Positions 33,398 through 43,759 of a DNA stretch of 64,000 nt are shown here, piece by piece; within the stretch, counting starts at the first letter, position 1, and each line of letters starts with the position of its first letter. The stretch is taken from the NCBI GenBank assembly GCA_934154445.1, contig CAKPGC010000001.1:21787-85786 (forward strand). The letters are read 5' to 3'. Position numbers and translations under genes: made by a program. This DNA comes from an uncultured Clostridia bacterium (GTDB lineage Bacteria > Bacillota > Clostridia > TANB77 > CAG-508). Under the pieces are notes generated by a model. It was not told the DNA's origin, did no database searches, and saw only the letters and a program-made list of their open reading frames with translations.

Positions 33398-34900
33398 TTA
33401 GTAAATATAATCACTTATATATAATGTATCATCAATACATTTATATCCTATTTGTTCATCTTCATTCTGTTCATAAAATTCTTTTTGTGATTTTGTTATT
33501 GTTACATTTTCCAGATTTCTTTGAGTATAGAAATTTATAATTCCTTCTGTTGACCAATAAACTCTCATTGAATTATGTGTATATGCAGTTCTATTCTTTA
33601 TACCTGAAAAATATCCTTTACTTTGGTTCCCTATTATTACCACTTTTGCAATCTTAGTTACTTTTATTCCTGTATCTTCTTCATAATTTGATATATATTC
33701 ATCTAACTTTTGTACTTCTTCTTTTTCAAGTATATTAACCTTTTTGTGTTGTAATATTATATACTCATAGTTAACAACATTAATAATAGTAAAAGCTAAT
33801 AATGTTACTAATGTAAATGTATTTAATTTATCTTTATTTTGAAAAATATCTGTTCCTGCATATAAGAAGATAAAAATAATTCCTATTAGAGCTCCTAAAG
33901 AATTTTTTAATCTTGCTCCACTCCACCCTGTTAATGTCGTTAGATGTATAATATAAGCACTTGCTATTGTTATTAATACTATTGCAATATATTTAAATAT
34001 GGTATTATCTTCTTTATTTATATTTTTCAATTGATATATATAAGCAATTACTGTTAATATACTTAGAAATATAATTAAAGCATTTTTTGGAAATAATCCA
34101 AAAGTTTGTTGCATAATTTTAGGCATTTCTCCTAATATGTATATCATATTTCCTGGTATATTTGCTAGACTTCCATATCTACTTTGGCTCATATCAAAGA
34201 TATATCCAATCACTTTTATTATTAATAGATTAGTTAGAACTCCAACTGCTCCAACAATTCCACTTTGCAAAAAGTCAAATATTATTTGTTTTATATTGTT
34301 ATTATTTTTTAATATTGTAAATAGTAATACATAAGCAAAGAATAATCCTATTGTTCCTTGGTAGCACATTATTGCTAATATTGTTAGTATTACGGATTTT
34401 ATAAAATATTGTTTATTTTTCTCAACTAACACATTTGCCGATATTATTAATAATAAAATACTTACGGCCATTACAATAGATTCAACAAAATATAAATTTT
34501 CTAAATACATGAAATTAAATATAGTTATATAACTTATAATTATAACAACGATTTCTTGAAAAATATTTTTGGGTTCCTTGTATTTTTTTATTATTTTGCT
34601 TAATACCATTACCGCAACATTAGATATTAGTAATGCCAAAAATAATGTTATTGATATATATATATTTAATGGGATATTAATTTTATTTGCAATTAATCCT
34701 AGTGCTGACATAAATATTCTTCCATCATTTAGTGAATATTTTATTGCATAATCATGATACCCAATATTGTATATATTATATGAGTCTGATGCATAATGTC
34801 CTACTAATAATGGTATAAATATTATGCATGTTATTATAGTTAAAACTGTATATGTTATTAAATCTTTTTTATTTATTTTTTTCATTTTTATTCCTTTCAA
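33398..34900 (-). CDS. polytopic membrane protein, function unknown (possible GT-C-like)
   Basis: 500 aa with more than 10 predicted TM helices and a C-terminal soluble domain. Confidence 0.4.
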   Translation of the reverse strand: MKGIKMKKINKKDLITYTVLTIITCIIFIPLLVGHYASDSYNIYNIGYHDYAIKYSLNDGRIFMSALGLIANKINIPLNIYISITLFLALLISNVAVMVLSKIIKKYKEPKNIFQEIVVIIISYITIFNFMYLENLYFVESIVMAVSILLLIISANVLVEKNKQYFIKSVILTILAIMCYQGTIGLFFAYVLLFTILKNNNNIKQIIFDFLQSGIVGAVGVLTNLLIIKVIGYIFDMSQSRYGSLANIPGNMIYILGEMPKIMQQTFGLFPKNALIIFLSILTVIAYIYQLKNINKEDNTIFKYIAIVLITIASAYIIHLTTLTGWSGARLKNSLGALIGIIFIFLYAGTDIFQNKDKLNTFTLVTLLAFTIINVVNYEYIILQHKKVNILEKEEVQKLDEYISNYEEDTGIKVTKIAKVVIIGNQSKGYFSGIKNRTAYTHNSMRVYWSTEGIINFYTQRNLENVTITKSQKEFYEQNEDEQIGYKCIDDTLYISDYIY

Positions 34901-34934
34901 TTTTCATTTGAATATTATTAATATATTGTACCTC

Positions 34935-35840
34935 TTATCCTATAAAATTCAATATATCTTTATATACAAGATTACTTTCTTTTTCATTTAATATTTCATG
35001 TCTCATGCCATCATATAATTTGTTTTGTATATTCTTATAGCCTAAGTTCTTTAAAAACTCCTGGCTTTCAAGCCATTTCTCTTTATTTATTATAACAGGA
35101 TCGTTGCTTCCAGCAATGAATAATATTGGTAGATTTTTATTATTTAACTTCCAACCATTTTTGTCATAAATATCTATCATCAATCCAAATAAGTTTTGGA
35201 AACCATTTGCAGTAAATATAAATCCGCATAATTCATCTTTATCATAATTGTTCACAGTTTCTTCGTTATCACAAATCCATGAATTTTCAGATTTTTCTTT
35301 TTTTGAACTATAACTTCCAAAAGCGAGCTTTTGGATGAATTTACTCCTATATTTTTCTCCTTTTAACTTTTCTATTAGTTTTGCAACATTTAATCCTACC
35401 TTCGCATATTTATTTCTACTTGGTGAACCACAAACAATTAACTTATCTATCTCATCATCATATTTTTTAATATATTTTCTAACTACCATTGAACCCATAC
35501 TGTGCCCAAATAATACAACTGGTTTGTTAGGATATTGTTCTTTCATTAATTTTGTTATTTGATATAAATCTTCAACTATATACTCAGCACTATTATCATA
35601 GAAATAGCCTAAATCATCAGTGTTTTTTACACTTTTTCCATGTCCTCTATGGTCATTTATAACTGTAACATATCCATTTTGAGCTAAATATTCCATAAAT
35701 TCATAATAACGTTCTTTATGCTCCGCCATACCATGTGATATTTGAAAAATTCCTTTTATTTCATTTTTCGGCTTAATCACAGTTATGTCTAAATCTAGAC
35801 CATCACATTTTGATTTTATTGTAAAAAATTTTTTATCCAC
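34935..35840 (-). CDS. alpha/beta hydrolase (lysophospholipase / monoacylglycerol lipase-like)
   Basis: 301 aa; GHSMGS nucleophile elbow, HGMAEH. Confidence 0.75.
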   Translation of the reverse strand: MDKKFFTIKSKCDGLDLDITVIKPKNEIKGIFQISHGMAEHKERYYEFMEYLAQNGYVTVINDHRGHGKSVKNTDDLGYFYDNSAEYIVEDLYQITKLMKEQYPNKPVVLFGHSMGSMVVRKYIKKYDDEIDKLIVCGSPSRNKYAKVGLNVAKLIEKLKGEKYRSKFIQKLAFGSYSSKKEKSENSWICDNEETVNNYDKDELCGFIFTANGFQNLFGLMIDIYDKNGWKLNNKNLPILFIAGSNDPVIINKEKWLESQEFLKNLGYKNIQNKLYDGMRHEILNEKESNLVYKDILNFIG

Positions 35841-35894
35841 TTAATTATCTCCTTTCGAGCGTCTAAGTATATTTATATAATATCTTGTTTTACT

Positions 35895-35947
35895 ATGTAA
35901 GTGTTACTATATAAGTTTTCTAAGTTTTTGCGGTTATAATATATATT
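35895..35947. repeat. direct repeat R' (copy of the sequence 3' of the full rhuM gene)
   Basis: tatgtaagtgtt..ataagttttctaagtttttgcggttataatatata matches 37218-37270. Confidence 0.6.
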
Positions 35948-36102
35948 TCTGCTGCTGTATTACCTGTAATCGCATAGTGAAATTTGTTTTGAACAGTTGC
36001 ATAAAATTGTTGTGTTGTATCAGAATTTTTATCATAATCTATACTGCAATTTATATATCTGTTTTTATCTCCATTATTAATCTTTGTATATTCATTCCAC
36101 AT
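35920..36102 (-). pseudogene. remnant of a RhuM-family gene (internal segment fused to repeat R')
   Basis: CSIDYDKNSDTTQQFYATVQNKFHYAITGNTAAEI matches residues from the middle of the intact RhuM at 37287-38306. Confidence 0.5.
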
Positions 36103-36521
36103 TTTTCATAAAATTGAATTGCACTTTCATTAAAATTCCAACAATTCAATTCAACTGCATCATAATTTTTTTCTTTTGCAATTTTTTTTACTTCTGAAAA
36201 TAAATTTTTACCTATTCCCATTTTTCTAACTTTTTCATCTACAACTAATTCGTCTATATATAAAGTTGTTCTATCTTTTAGATTTATATTTTCTTTAACT
36301 TCTTTAATTTTATAAACAATAACTCCATATATATTATTATTTTCTTCTGCAACTAATATGTTTTCCTTGTTATTTATTCTATTATTAAATTCAGTCTTTA
36401 TTTCTTCAATACTTTTTTCTTTAAAAATATCTTTTCTGGCATTACTATGAATTTTTGCTACTTGTAACATTAGTTCACTAATTTTATTTACATCTTCTAT
36501 TTGTGCATTTCTAATATTCAT
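36051..36521 (-). CDS. GNAT family N-acetyltransferase
   Basis: 156 aa; acetyl-CoA binding motif VRKMGIGKNLF. Confidence 0.8.
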   Translation of the reverse strand: MNIRNAQIEDVNKISELMLQVAKIHSNARKDIFKEKSIEEIKTEFNNRINNKENILVAEENNNIYGVIVYKIKEVKENINLKDRTTLYIDELVVDEKVRKMGIGKNLFSEVKKIAKEKNYDAVELNCWNFNESAIQFYEKCGMNIQRLIMEIKTDI

Positions 36522-36544
36522 ATTTTTATATCCTCCTTAAATTA

Positions 36545-37078
36545 CTAGTTATCTTTAACTTTTTTCTTTAAATCTTTTGAATAATATATTAAATCAGTAC
36601 AAGTTAATTCTCCGTCCTTAATTTCTTCATCATAATTATCTATAAAGAAATTCTTAATTGTTTTTTCATATTTATCAAAACCTTGTTTTACATAGAATGG
36701 AATGTTATTTTGAGTTGTCCCTACTATCATTTTTTTATATTTTTGTTTATAATTATCGGTTAGATACTTAATCATTTTCTTTCCATAGCCATTATTTCTA
36801 TACTCTTGTTTAGTTACTATATTTTTTAATTCTACAGTATCTTCATCTAATTTTATCACAACCGCAATGCAAACAACATCTTCTTTGTATGTTAAAATAA
36901 ACAATTCTCCATTTTGTAAATACTTATTTATTAAATCTTTACTAGAATCTGCTTCTAATAGTAAATTCATATATAAGTTTTTATTTTCTCTTTCTTTTTT
37001 TATGTTTATAATTCTTTTTACCGGTTCAAATTCAAATCCATCTGGTAATTTAGGTTTACTATTCGTTTTTTGTAACAT
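36545..37078 (-). CDS. GNAT family N-acetyltransferase, paralog of the C-terminal domain of the QueH-GNAT fusion
   Basis: 177 aa; about 85-90% protein identity to residues about 160-348 of the 39592-40638 product; nucleotide identity is also high. Confidence 0.8.
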   Translation of the reverse strand: MLQKTNSKPKLPDGFEFEPVKRIINIKKERENKNLYMNLLLEADSSKDLINKYLQNGELFILTYKEDVVCIAVVIKLDEDTVELKNIVTKQEYRNNGYGKKMIKYLTDNYKQKYKKMIVGTTQNNIPFYVKQGFDKYEKTIKNFFIDNYDEEIKDGELTCTDLIYYSKDLKKKVKDN

Positions 37079-37217
37079 GCTTTGTTCTTCTCAACTCCTC
37101 GTATCTAACCATACAAATTTGCGTACCCTGCCGTTCTTCATTAAAATAATTATAATATCAAGGGTTTCGAGGACTTTTTTCTTCAATTTTCCCTATTTTT
37201 CAATATTTTCATAATTT

Positions 37218-37270
37218 TATGTAAGTGTTCTTACATAAGGTTTTCTAGTTTTTGCGGTTATAATATATAA
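37218..37270. repeat. direct repeat R (contains 9-bp hairpin ttatgtaag/cttacataa 3' of rhuM)
   Basis: matches 35895-35947. Confidence 0.6.
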
Positions 37271-37286
37271 CCTCCTTTACTTTTAA

Positions 37287-38306
37287 TTACTTTTTAATAT
37301 TTAATCTATTGGCTTCAATAAGCAACTTATCAAAATCCGAAACTATCTTTTGATTTTTATTAAATTCATTATACTCTTTTTCCGCCTTTTCTTCTGCCTG
37401 TTTTCCTGAAATTTTTCCATTATCTTTTAAAATATCATATTTTCTAAATTCCAAAAATTCATTTATACTTTTTGCAAATTCTTCCATAGTAAATGTGTTT
37501 TCTCTTTCTACTAGGTCTTCTATATAATCAAAATATCCTGAAACCGTTCTCTCTAATCTTTTTATTTGTTTTTCATCTAGATAGTTTTTAGCAATCATTA
37601 CATCTGATTTTAATATTCTTCCATCTGGTGAATTTTTCCACGTTGTTAAGCCCATATTTTCTTTAGTATGATCTGCTTTTTGATATATTATTTCTGCAGC
37701 TGTATTACCTGTAATTGCATAATGAAATTTATTTTGAATAGTTGCATAAAATCGTTGTGTTGTGTCAGAATCTTTATCATAATCTATACTGCATTCTGCA
37801 AATATATCTGTTATCTGTTGCCATATTCTTCGTTCACTTGTTCTAATTGAACGAATTCTCTCTAATAATTCTTTGAAATAGTCTTTCCCAAATTTTGGTC
37901 CGTTTTTAAGTAATTCATCATTTAAAACAAATCCTTTTTTTATGTATTCTTTTAATGTATTAGTTGCCCATATTCTAAAATCTGTTGCTTGTTTTGAGTT
38001 TACTCTATATCCAACGGCTATAATTACATCTAAACTATAAAATGATATTTCTCTTGAAACCTCTCTGTTTCCTTCTTTCTGAACTGTTCGAATTTTTCGA
38101 ATAGTTCGATTTTCTTCTAATTCATGTGTTTCAAAAATTTCTTTTAAATGATAATTTATTGTGTTCACTTCTACTTCAAATAATTTTGACATTGATTTTT
38201 GAGTCAACCAAAAATCTTCATTATCATATAAAACTTCTACTGATATATTTTCATTATTTTGGCTTTGATACACGATTAAATCTTTTAAATTTTCTATCGG
38301 ATTCAT
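37287..38306 (-). CDS. RhuM-family virulence-associated protein
   Basis: 339 aa; recalled from RhuM-family homologs (Pfam Virulence_RhuM) via motifs such as DFRIWATNTLKEYIKKGF and YATIQNKFHYAITGNTAAEI; not verified by search. Confidence 0.7.
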   Translation of the reverse strand: MNPIENLKDLIVYQSQNNENISVEVLYDNEDFWLTQKSMSKLFEVEVNTINYHLKEIFETHELEENRTIRKIRTVQKEGNREVSREISFYSLDVIIAVGYRVNSKQATDFRIWATNTLKEYIKKGFVLNDELLKNGPKFGKDYFKELLERIRSIRTSERRIWQQITDIFAECSIDYDKDSDTTQRFYATIQNKFHYAITGNTAAEIIYQKADHTKENMGLTTWKNSPDGRILKSDVMIAKNYLDEKQIKRLERTVSGYFDYIEDLVERENTFTMEEFAKSINEFLEFRKYDILKDNGKISGKQAEEKAEKEYNEFNKNQKIVSDFDKLLIEANRLNIKK

Positions 38307-38362
38307 ATTTATACTCTCATCCTCCTCTCTATTTTTCTATAACTTGTAGTTTCTCGCTATCA

Positions 38363-39535
38363 TTAACATGACTCTTTCTCAACTTTATTCAAATAGAAAT
38401 TATATATTTTATTGTTTGCTATATTCATAAGTTTAGCTAATATTATGCTTAATCCAATTACTAGAATAGCATATAAATAATCAACTCTGCAATAAAAGCG
38501 AGGATTTCTCAATAAATACATAACTAATCCATGATATAAATAAATTTCAAAAGATATATTTCCCAAAAAAGTAAATACCTTATCATTTAATCTCACTTTT
38601 TCTAATATAGTAAACAATACAAAAAGTAATGCTATACAAATAATATTCATATTTATAACAGGAATAGGCTCTCTCATTATATCGTCTGCTAGATCTGTAT
38701 CGTTTATTATATCCATAATGGCATATCCACTTGTGAAGAATTGAATCCCTATTATTGCAAATAATATAATTGAAAGCATAATTGCATATCTAATTATTTT
38801 ATTTTTGTCTTTTAATGTTATTGCATATTTTTCTTTATAACTTGCCCAATATATACCTATAAAAAATGCAAAACAAGAATTAACCCACCAATTATTAAAG
38901 CCTAAAATATTATTAATAACTATGCAATATAAAATAGTTCCACCAAATACTGCAATATTTATCATTTTTTTCTTTTTTAGAAACTTGGCTGATAAATAAA
39001 AAACTACATATAAACTAATAATTGCTAACATATACCACGAAAATCTTACAACTGGCTCTCCTTCAACTAAAGAATTAAAAATTTTTCTAGGTGTTAATTG
39101 TCCAGTTAATAGATATACTAAAATAGTAAATATAATTGCTATTATATATGGTATAACTATTTTCATTATTCTTTTATTCAAAAAGTCTTTTAGATAATTT
39201 TCTTTTTTTAGATAGCTTTTCATTAGTCCATATCCTGAATAAAAGAAAAATGCTGAAACTGCAATAACTCCTACTATTGTAAATACTTTAAGTAGAATTG
39301 TGTCTTTTATATAAATAGACAAGTGGTGTATTATTATCAATAATGCCAATAGTCCCTTTATTTTATTACTATTGTATTTATCCAATACATCATTATTTGC
39401 ATTAAAAATAGATTTTCTTTTTATTATTAGGCATATAATTCCTATTAAAAATATTATATCTACTATGTTAATATTAAATATTGCTACATCATTGGGTAAT
39501 GGATAAATACTGTCTGATTTTATTGTTGGTAACAT
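38363..39535 (-). CDS. acyltransferase family 3 (OafA/YrhL-like) membrane O-acyltransferase
   Basis: 390 aa; about 10 TM helices with the AT3 family layout. Confidence 0.7.
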   Translation of the reverse strand: MLPTIKSDSIYPLPNDVAIFNINIVDIIFLIGIICLIIKRKSIFNANNDVLDKYNSNKIKGLLALLIIIHHLSIYIKDTILLKVFTIVGVIAVSAFFFYSGYGLMKSYLKKENYLKDFLNKRIMKIVIPYIIAIIFTILVYLLTGQLTPRKIFNSLVEGEPVVRFSWYMLAIISLYVVFYLSAKFLKKKKMINIAVFGGTILYCIVINNILGFNNWWVNSCFAFFIGIYWASYKEKYAITLKDKNKIIRYAIMLSIILFAIIGIQFFTSGYAIMDIINDTDLADDIMREPIPVINMNIICIALLFVLFTILEKVRLNDKVFTFLGNISFEIYLYHGLVMYLLRNPRFYCRVDYLYAILVIGLSIILAKLMNIANNKIYNFYLNKVEKESC

Positions 39536-39591
39536 ATACTTTGTTCTCCTATTACTACTAATAAATACATATTAAAGTAAGCGATAACTTA

Positions 39592-40638
39592 CTATTTATC
39601 TTTAACTTTTTTCTTTAAATCTTTTGAATAATATATTAAATCAGTACAAATTAAATCTCCATCTTTAATTTCTTCATTGTAATTATCTATAAAGAAATTT
39701 TTAATTGTTTTCTCATATTTATCGAATCCTTGCTTAACATAGAAAGGAATGTTATTCTCCGTTGTTCCTACCAACATTCTGTCGTATTTCTGCTTATAAT
39801 TACCACATAGCGATTTTAAAAGTTTTTTTGCATAACCTTTATTTCTATAACTTTCTTTCGTAACTATATTCTTTAACTCTAACGTTTTTCTATCAATGTG
39901 CAAAATAACTGCAATAGAAATTAGCTCATCTCCCTTTTTTAAAGCATATACATCAGAATCGTTCAAATACTTGTGTATCATATCTTTTGAAGGATCTGCT
40001 TCTAAAAGTAAATCAATATAATCTTCTTTATTTTCTATTTTTTTAACCTGCATTCTAGGTTCTCTTTGCATCTCATAACCATTGGGAATACTAGGTTTCG
40101 TGGTATTGCGGTTATTATATCTCATCTCCTCTGAAAACACACATCCACAATACTTTTGCATGTACAATTCTAGCTCTCTTGCTTTTGCTTGTCCCTCTCT
40201 AAAACCTACTCTAAAATCCCTATACAAAAAATCAATACCATATTCCTTACTTAATTTTTCCATACATTCCTTAATAAAATTATGATTTTGATATATACTA
40301 TATAAAAGTGTAGTTGTAACTGTATCATATCCATTTTTTTTAGCATATTCAAATGTTTTTCTTAATCTCACAGGATAGCAATAATTTGTACATCTATTTT
40401 GTAAGTCTCCTACAACATTTTTACAAAATTCATCTAATCCATAATCTTCCTCAAATATAGCCTCAATATTTATATTTTTTGTATATTCTTTTAAACAATC
40501 TCTTCTCGCCTTATATTCCATATATGGGTGTATATTGGGATTATACCAATACACGGTTGGTTCTATTCCTTCTTTTCTTAAACTGTCTATGCAATAAACA
40601 CTACAAGGTGCACAACATGTATGCATTAATAATTTCAT
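39592..40638 (-). CDS. queH: fusion protein: epoxyqueuosine reductase QueH (DUF208) N-domain plus GNAT acetyltransferase C-domain
   Basis: N-terminal MKLLMHTCCAPCS..YCGCVFSEE matches the QueH Cys-motif family; C-terminal half is a GNAT paralogous to 36545-37078. Confidence 0.75.
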   Translation of the reverse strand: MKLLMHTCCAPCSVYCIDSLRKEGIEPTVYWYNPNIHPYMEYKARRDCLKEYTKNINIEAIFEEDYGLDEFCKNVVGDLQNRCTNYCYPVRLRKTFEYAKKNGYDTVTTTLLYSIYQNHNFIKECMEKLSKEYGIDFLYRDFRVGFREGQAKARELELYMQKYCGCVFSEEMRYNNRNTTKPSIPNGYEMQREPRMQVKKIENKEDYIDLLLEADPSKDMIHKYLNDSDVYALKKGDELISIAVILHIDRKTLELKNIVTKESYRNKGYAKKLLKSLCGNYKQKYDRMLVGTTENNIPFYVKQGFDKYEKTIKNFFIDNYNEEIKDGDLICTDLIYYSKDLKKKVKDK

Positions 40639-40654
40639 TTTTTGTTCCTCTTTC

Positions 40655-42233
40655 TTAATCTTCTATTACAACATACCTCTTAAATTCTTTTATTTTATGA
40701 TTTTCTAAGTCAAACTTATCTATGTCTTCATTTTTTATAACATAAACATTTCCCTCTTTTAGTTCTAACTCTTCTATATTATCAATATAATATTTTCCGA
40801 AGGATTTCACGTTTTTAAATTCTGCATAAGGGTCTTCATAAACTACAGTTTTTATAAAATCCATAGTATCATATTGTGTATAAAATAGTACATGTATATA
40901 ATTTGATTGTATTTTGTCTGTTATATATATTTTTTTGTCATTTATTTTATCAACATATTCAATTACTTCTTGTAAATCTCCTTCAAATGTTCCATATTCA
41001 TTACAATCTTGATGTGAATATTTATAAATGAATAAACCAAATGATATTATATATATAATTAAAATTGGTATTGTTAGTTTTCTTATTTTGCTTGTTGCTA
41101 TATAAATTCCTACTATAGTATAATAAATTATTGGAATCATTATTATATTTAATCTATTTATATTAGGTTCACATATAAATGTTAAAATTATTCCTACTAT
41201 AAACCATAAATTAAATATAAAATTGTATTTAATTTCAACTATTTTATTTTTCTTAAATGAATGTACTAATCCAATTATTGTAAATAAAGTAGAAAATAAA
41301 TAAGTTATTCCATAAGGTTCAATATTATTCCATGGAAGTCCATCTGATTGTGTTATTAATACTTTCATACTTTGTATAAAGTTTGATTTACTACTAGAAA
41401 AGAAATTACCTGAAAACATTGATGTTAAAACTTTATATCTATTTACTTCTAATTTAGGTATCGTTACAAAAGGTAAATTTATTTGTTCTAAACCAAACGT
41501 ATTTATAATAACATACAAAATTATTGGTAAAGAAACTATTGCTACAATTGAAATTGAAATTATAGCTTGTTTTATTGTTACTTTCTTATTTTTAATTAAT
41601 ATTATTAATAATGGTATTAAAAAGACTGGTAAAAAATAATATGATGTTCCATAAGAATAAGCAGAAATTCCTGCTATTGCAAATGATAAATAGTACAAAA
41701 TTTTATTTTTGTCTTCTATTCCTTTTATTAATAAGTATGTAAAAATAAGTATTAAATCTGGGAATAAATTAGATTCTAATCCCCATCTACTTTTCATTAT
41801 ATGCCATGGGCATATTGCAAAAAATGCTAATCCTATTATTGCTAATTTATTATTAGATATTTTTCTTAATAACAAATACATTATTACTAATGATATGCAT
41901 CCTAATATTGCCATTGGTAGTCTTACTGATAATAGATTTAATCCCAATACCTTTATAAATGGTATCATAAGGTATGATAATAATGCATTTTGTCCTCCAC
42001 CCCAAGCTACAAGAAATGCAGGTAATTTATTTCCGGTTTCTATCAATTCCATAATTCAAAATCGAAAAAGCTTCATATCCTGCTGATGCTTCGTCACAAT
42101 TTAAAGCATTTGGCATATCTGCAATTCCAACTATTCTAACTAACATTCCTACTATAAATATTATTAAAATTATCATATACAAAAAGTATTTATTTTTTGT
42201 TAATTGATTTTTCAATTTATCTATAAACCTCAT
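40655..42233 (-). pseudogene. GT39/PMT_2 (ArnT-like) membrane glycosyltransferase interrupted by one +1 frameshift
   Basis: 68-aa N-piece (NCDEASAGYEAFSILNYGIDRN) and 465-aa body (GNKLPAFLVAWGGGQNALLSY) join as DRNGNKLP after removal of one C in AACCGGA at about 42033-42036. Confidence 0.7.
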
Positions 42234-43759
42234 ACATACTTACCTCTCCTATTTTTTCTAAATTGTTCCTTATATATTTTATAACATCTAATGGTGTTTG
42301 CCAATTAGTTTCTATATTTTCATTTCTAATCAAATATAAAGTATTTTCATCCTTTTTCTTTATTTTTTCTATTTGTCCCTCTTGTCCATCTTTTCCTATA
42401 TTTCCTATTAAAAACATATCATAATCTTTGTTGTATTTATCTAAAGGCACCATATATATAACCGCTTCTACATCCAATATATAAACCTTATTTCCTTGTA
42501 GTTCTTTTTTTAAAATATACTCATCTATATTATCTATTCTATCTCTTATCCCTTCTCTTATTTCAATATTTTTATAATGTTTTATTTCTGTATTTTTATC
42601 AATTTTTATATACCTATATACATTGTTAATAGATTCTATTAAAATAACTGAAAATATTAATATCCATATATAAAAAGATATTATTTTATACAATTTATAT
42701 TTTCTAGCAAATTTAATTTTATTATATACATATTTACCAAATAAGACAATCATATAAATTAATCCAATTATTGCAATTAAACTTCCTATTAGAAAATGTA
42801 TTTCATCTGATATTGGATACATAACGATTATTATTGAAAAACTATACATTAAAATTGTTAATAAATTTAATATTTTTACATTTTTCTTTTTTAATACTTT
42901 TGTTATTATCAATATAATCGCCATAAGCATAATTGAAATTGGCATTAATATTGAAAGAACTCTTATTTCTATTTTATTATTTTTTAACAATCCTAAATAA
43001 GATATTCTATTTGAGAATGTACCTATTCCAAACACAGCATAATTCATAAATTCTTGTATTGCTTCAGTTACTAATAAATATATAAACAAAATAACAACTG
43101 GTATTAGTATTCCCAATATTCTAGTTATTGCTATTTTTATATATTGTTTAAATTGTTCTTTATTTTCTACAAACAATAACCTATAAAATACAACTATTCC
43201 TGAAAGAGTTATTCCAATACTATGTTTTGTACATATTGCAAGTCCTGCTAAAACTCCGTATCAATAAATTTTTTTTGAAATTAGTTATTTCAAAATTTTT
43301 TAATTCCATATATAAAATAACAATAGCAATTAATAATACTAAGGCATTATAATCTATGCAATATATATTTCTACACAAAATTCCTATTAAAGCAACACAA
43401 ATTAAAATTATATTTTCTTCTTTAAATAATAGTATAAATACTTTATATATCATAAATAAAATTACTGTCCAAAGAATTGCTGCCAAAATTCTTGATATTA
43501 TTACTTCATTTACAATTAATTTTAAGAATATTGCAGTTATGATAGGAAGCAATGGTGTTGTTATCATACTTATATCTTTATATGGAATTAAACCTTCTGA
43601 TATTGCTCTTGCTGTATTATAATTCCATAATTCATCCAAATTACTTATCGGTTTTATTATAATTATTGAAAATATTGCTATAAATATAAAAGCAATTAAT
43701 AAAATTTCTTTCTTTTTCATATTTTTGCTTTCCTTTTCATTTCTAGTATTATATCTCAT
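42217..43759 (-). pseudogene. polytopic membrane protein (GT-C-like) interrupted by one +1 frameshift
   Basis: 179-aa and 319-aa pieces; the downstream frame stays open back to the junction, giving ..NLLI/GVLAGLAICTKHSIG.. after removal of one C in ATACGGA at about 43256-43258. Confidence 0.5.
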
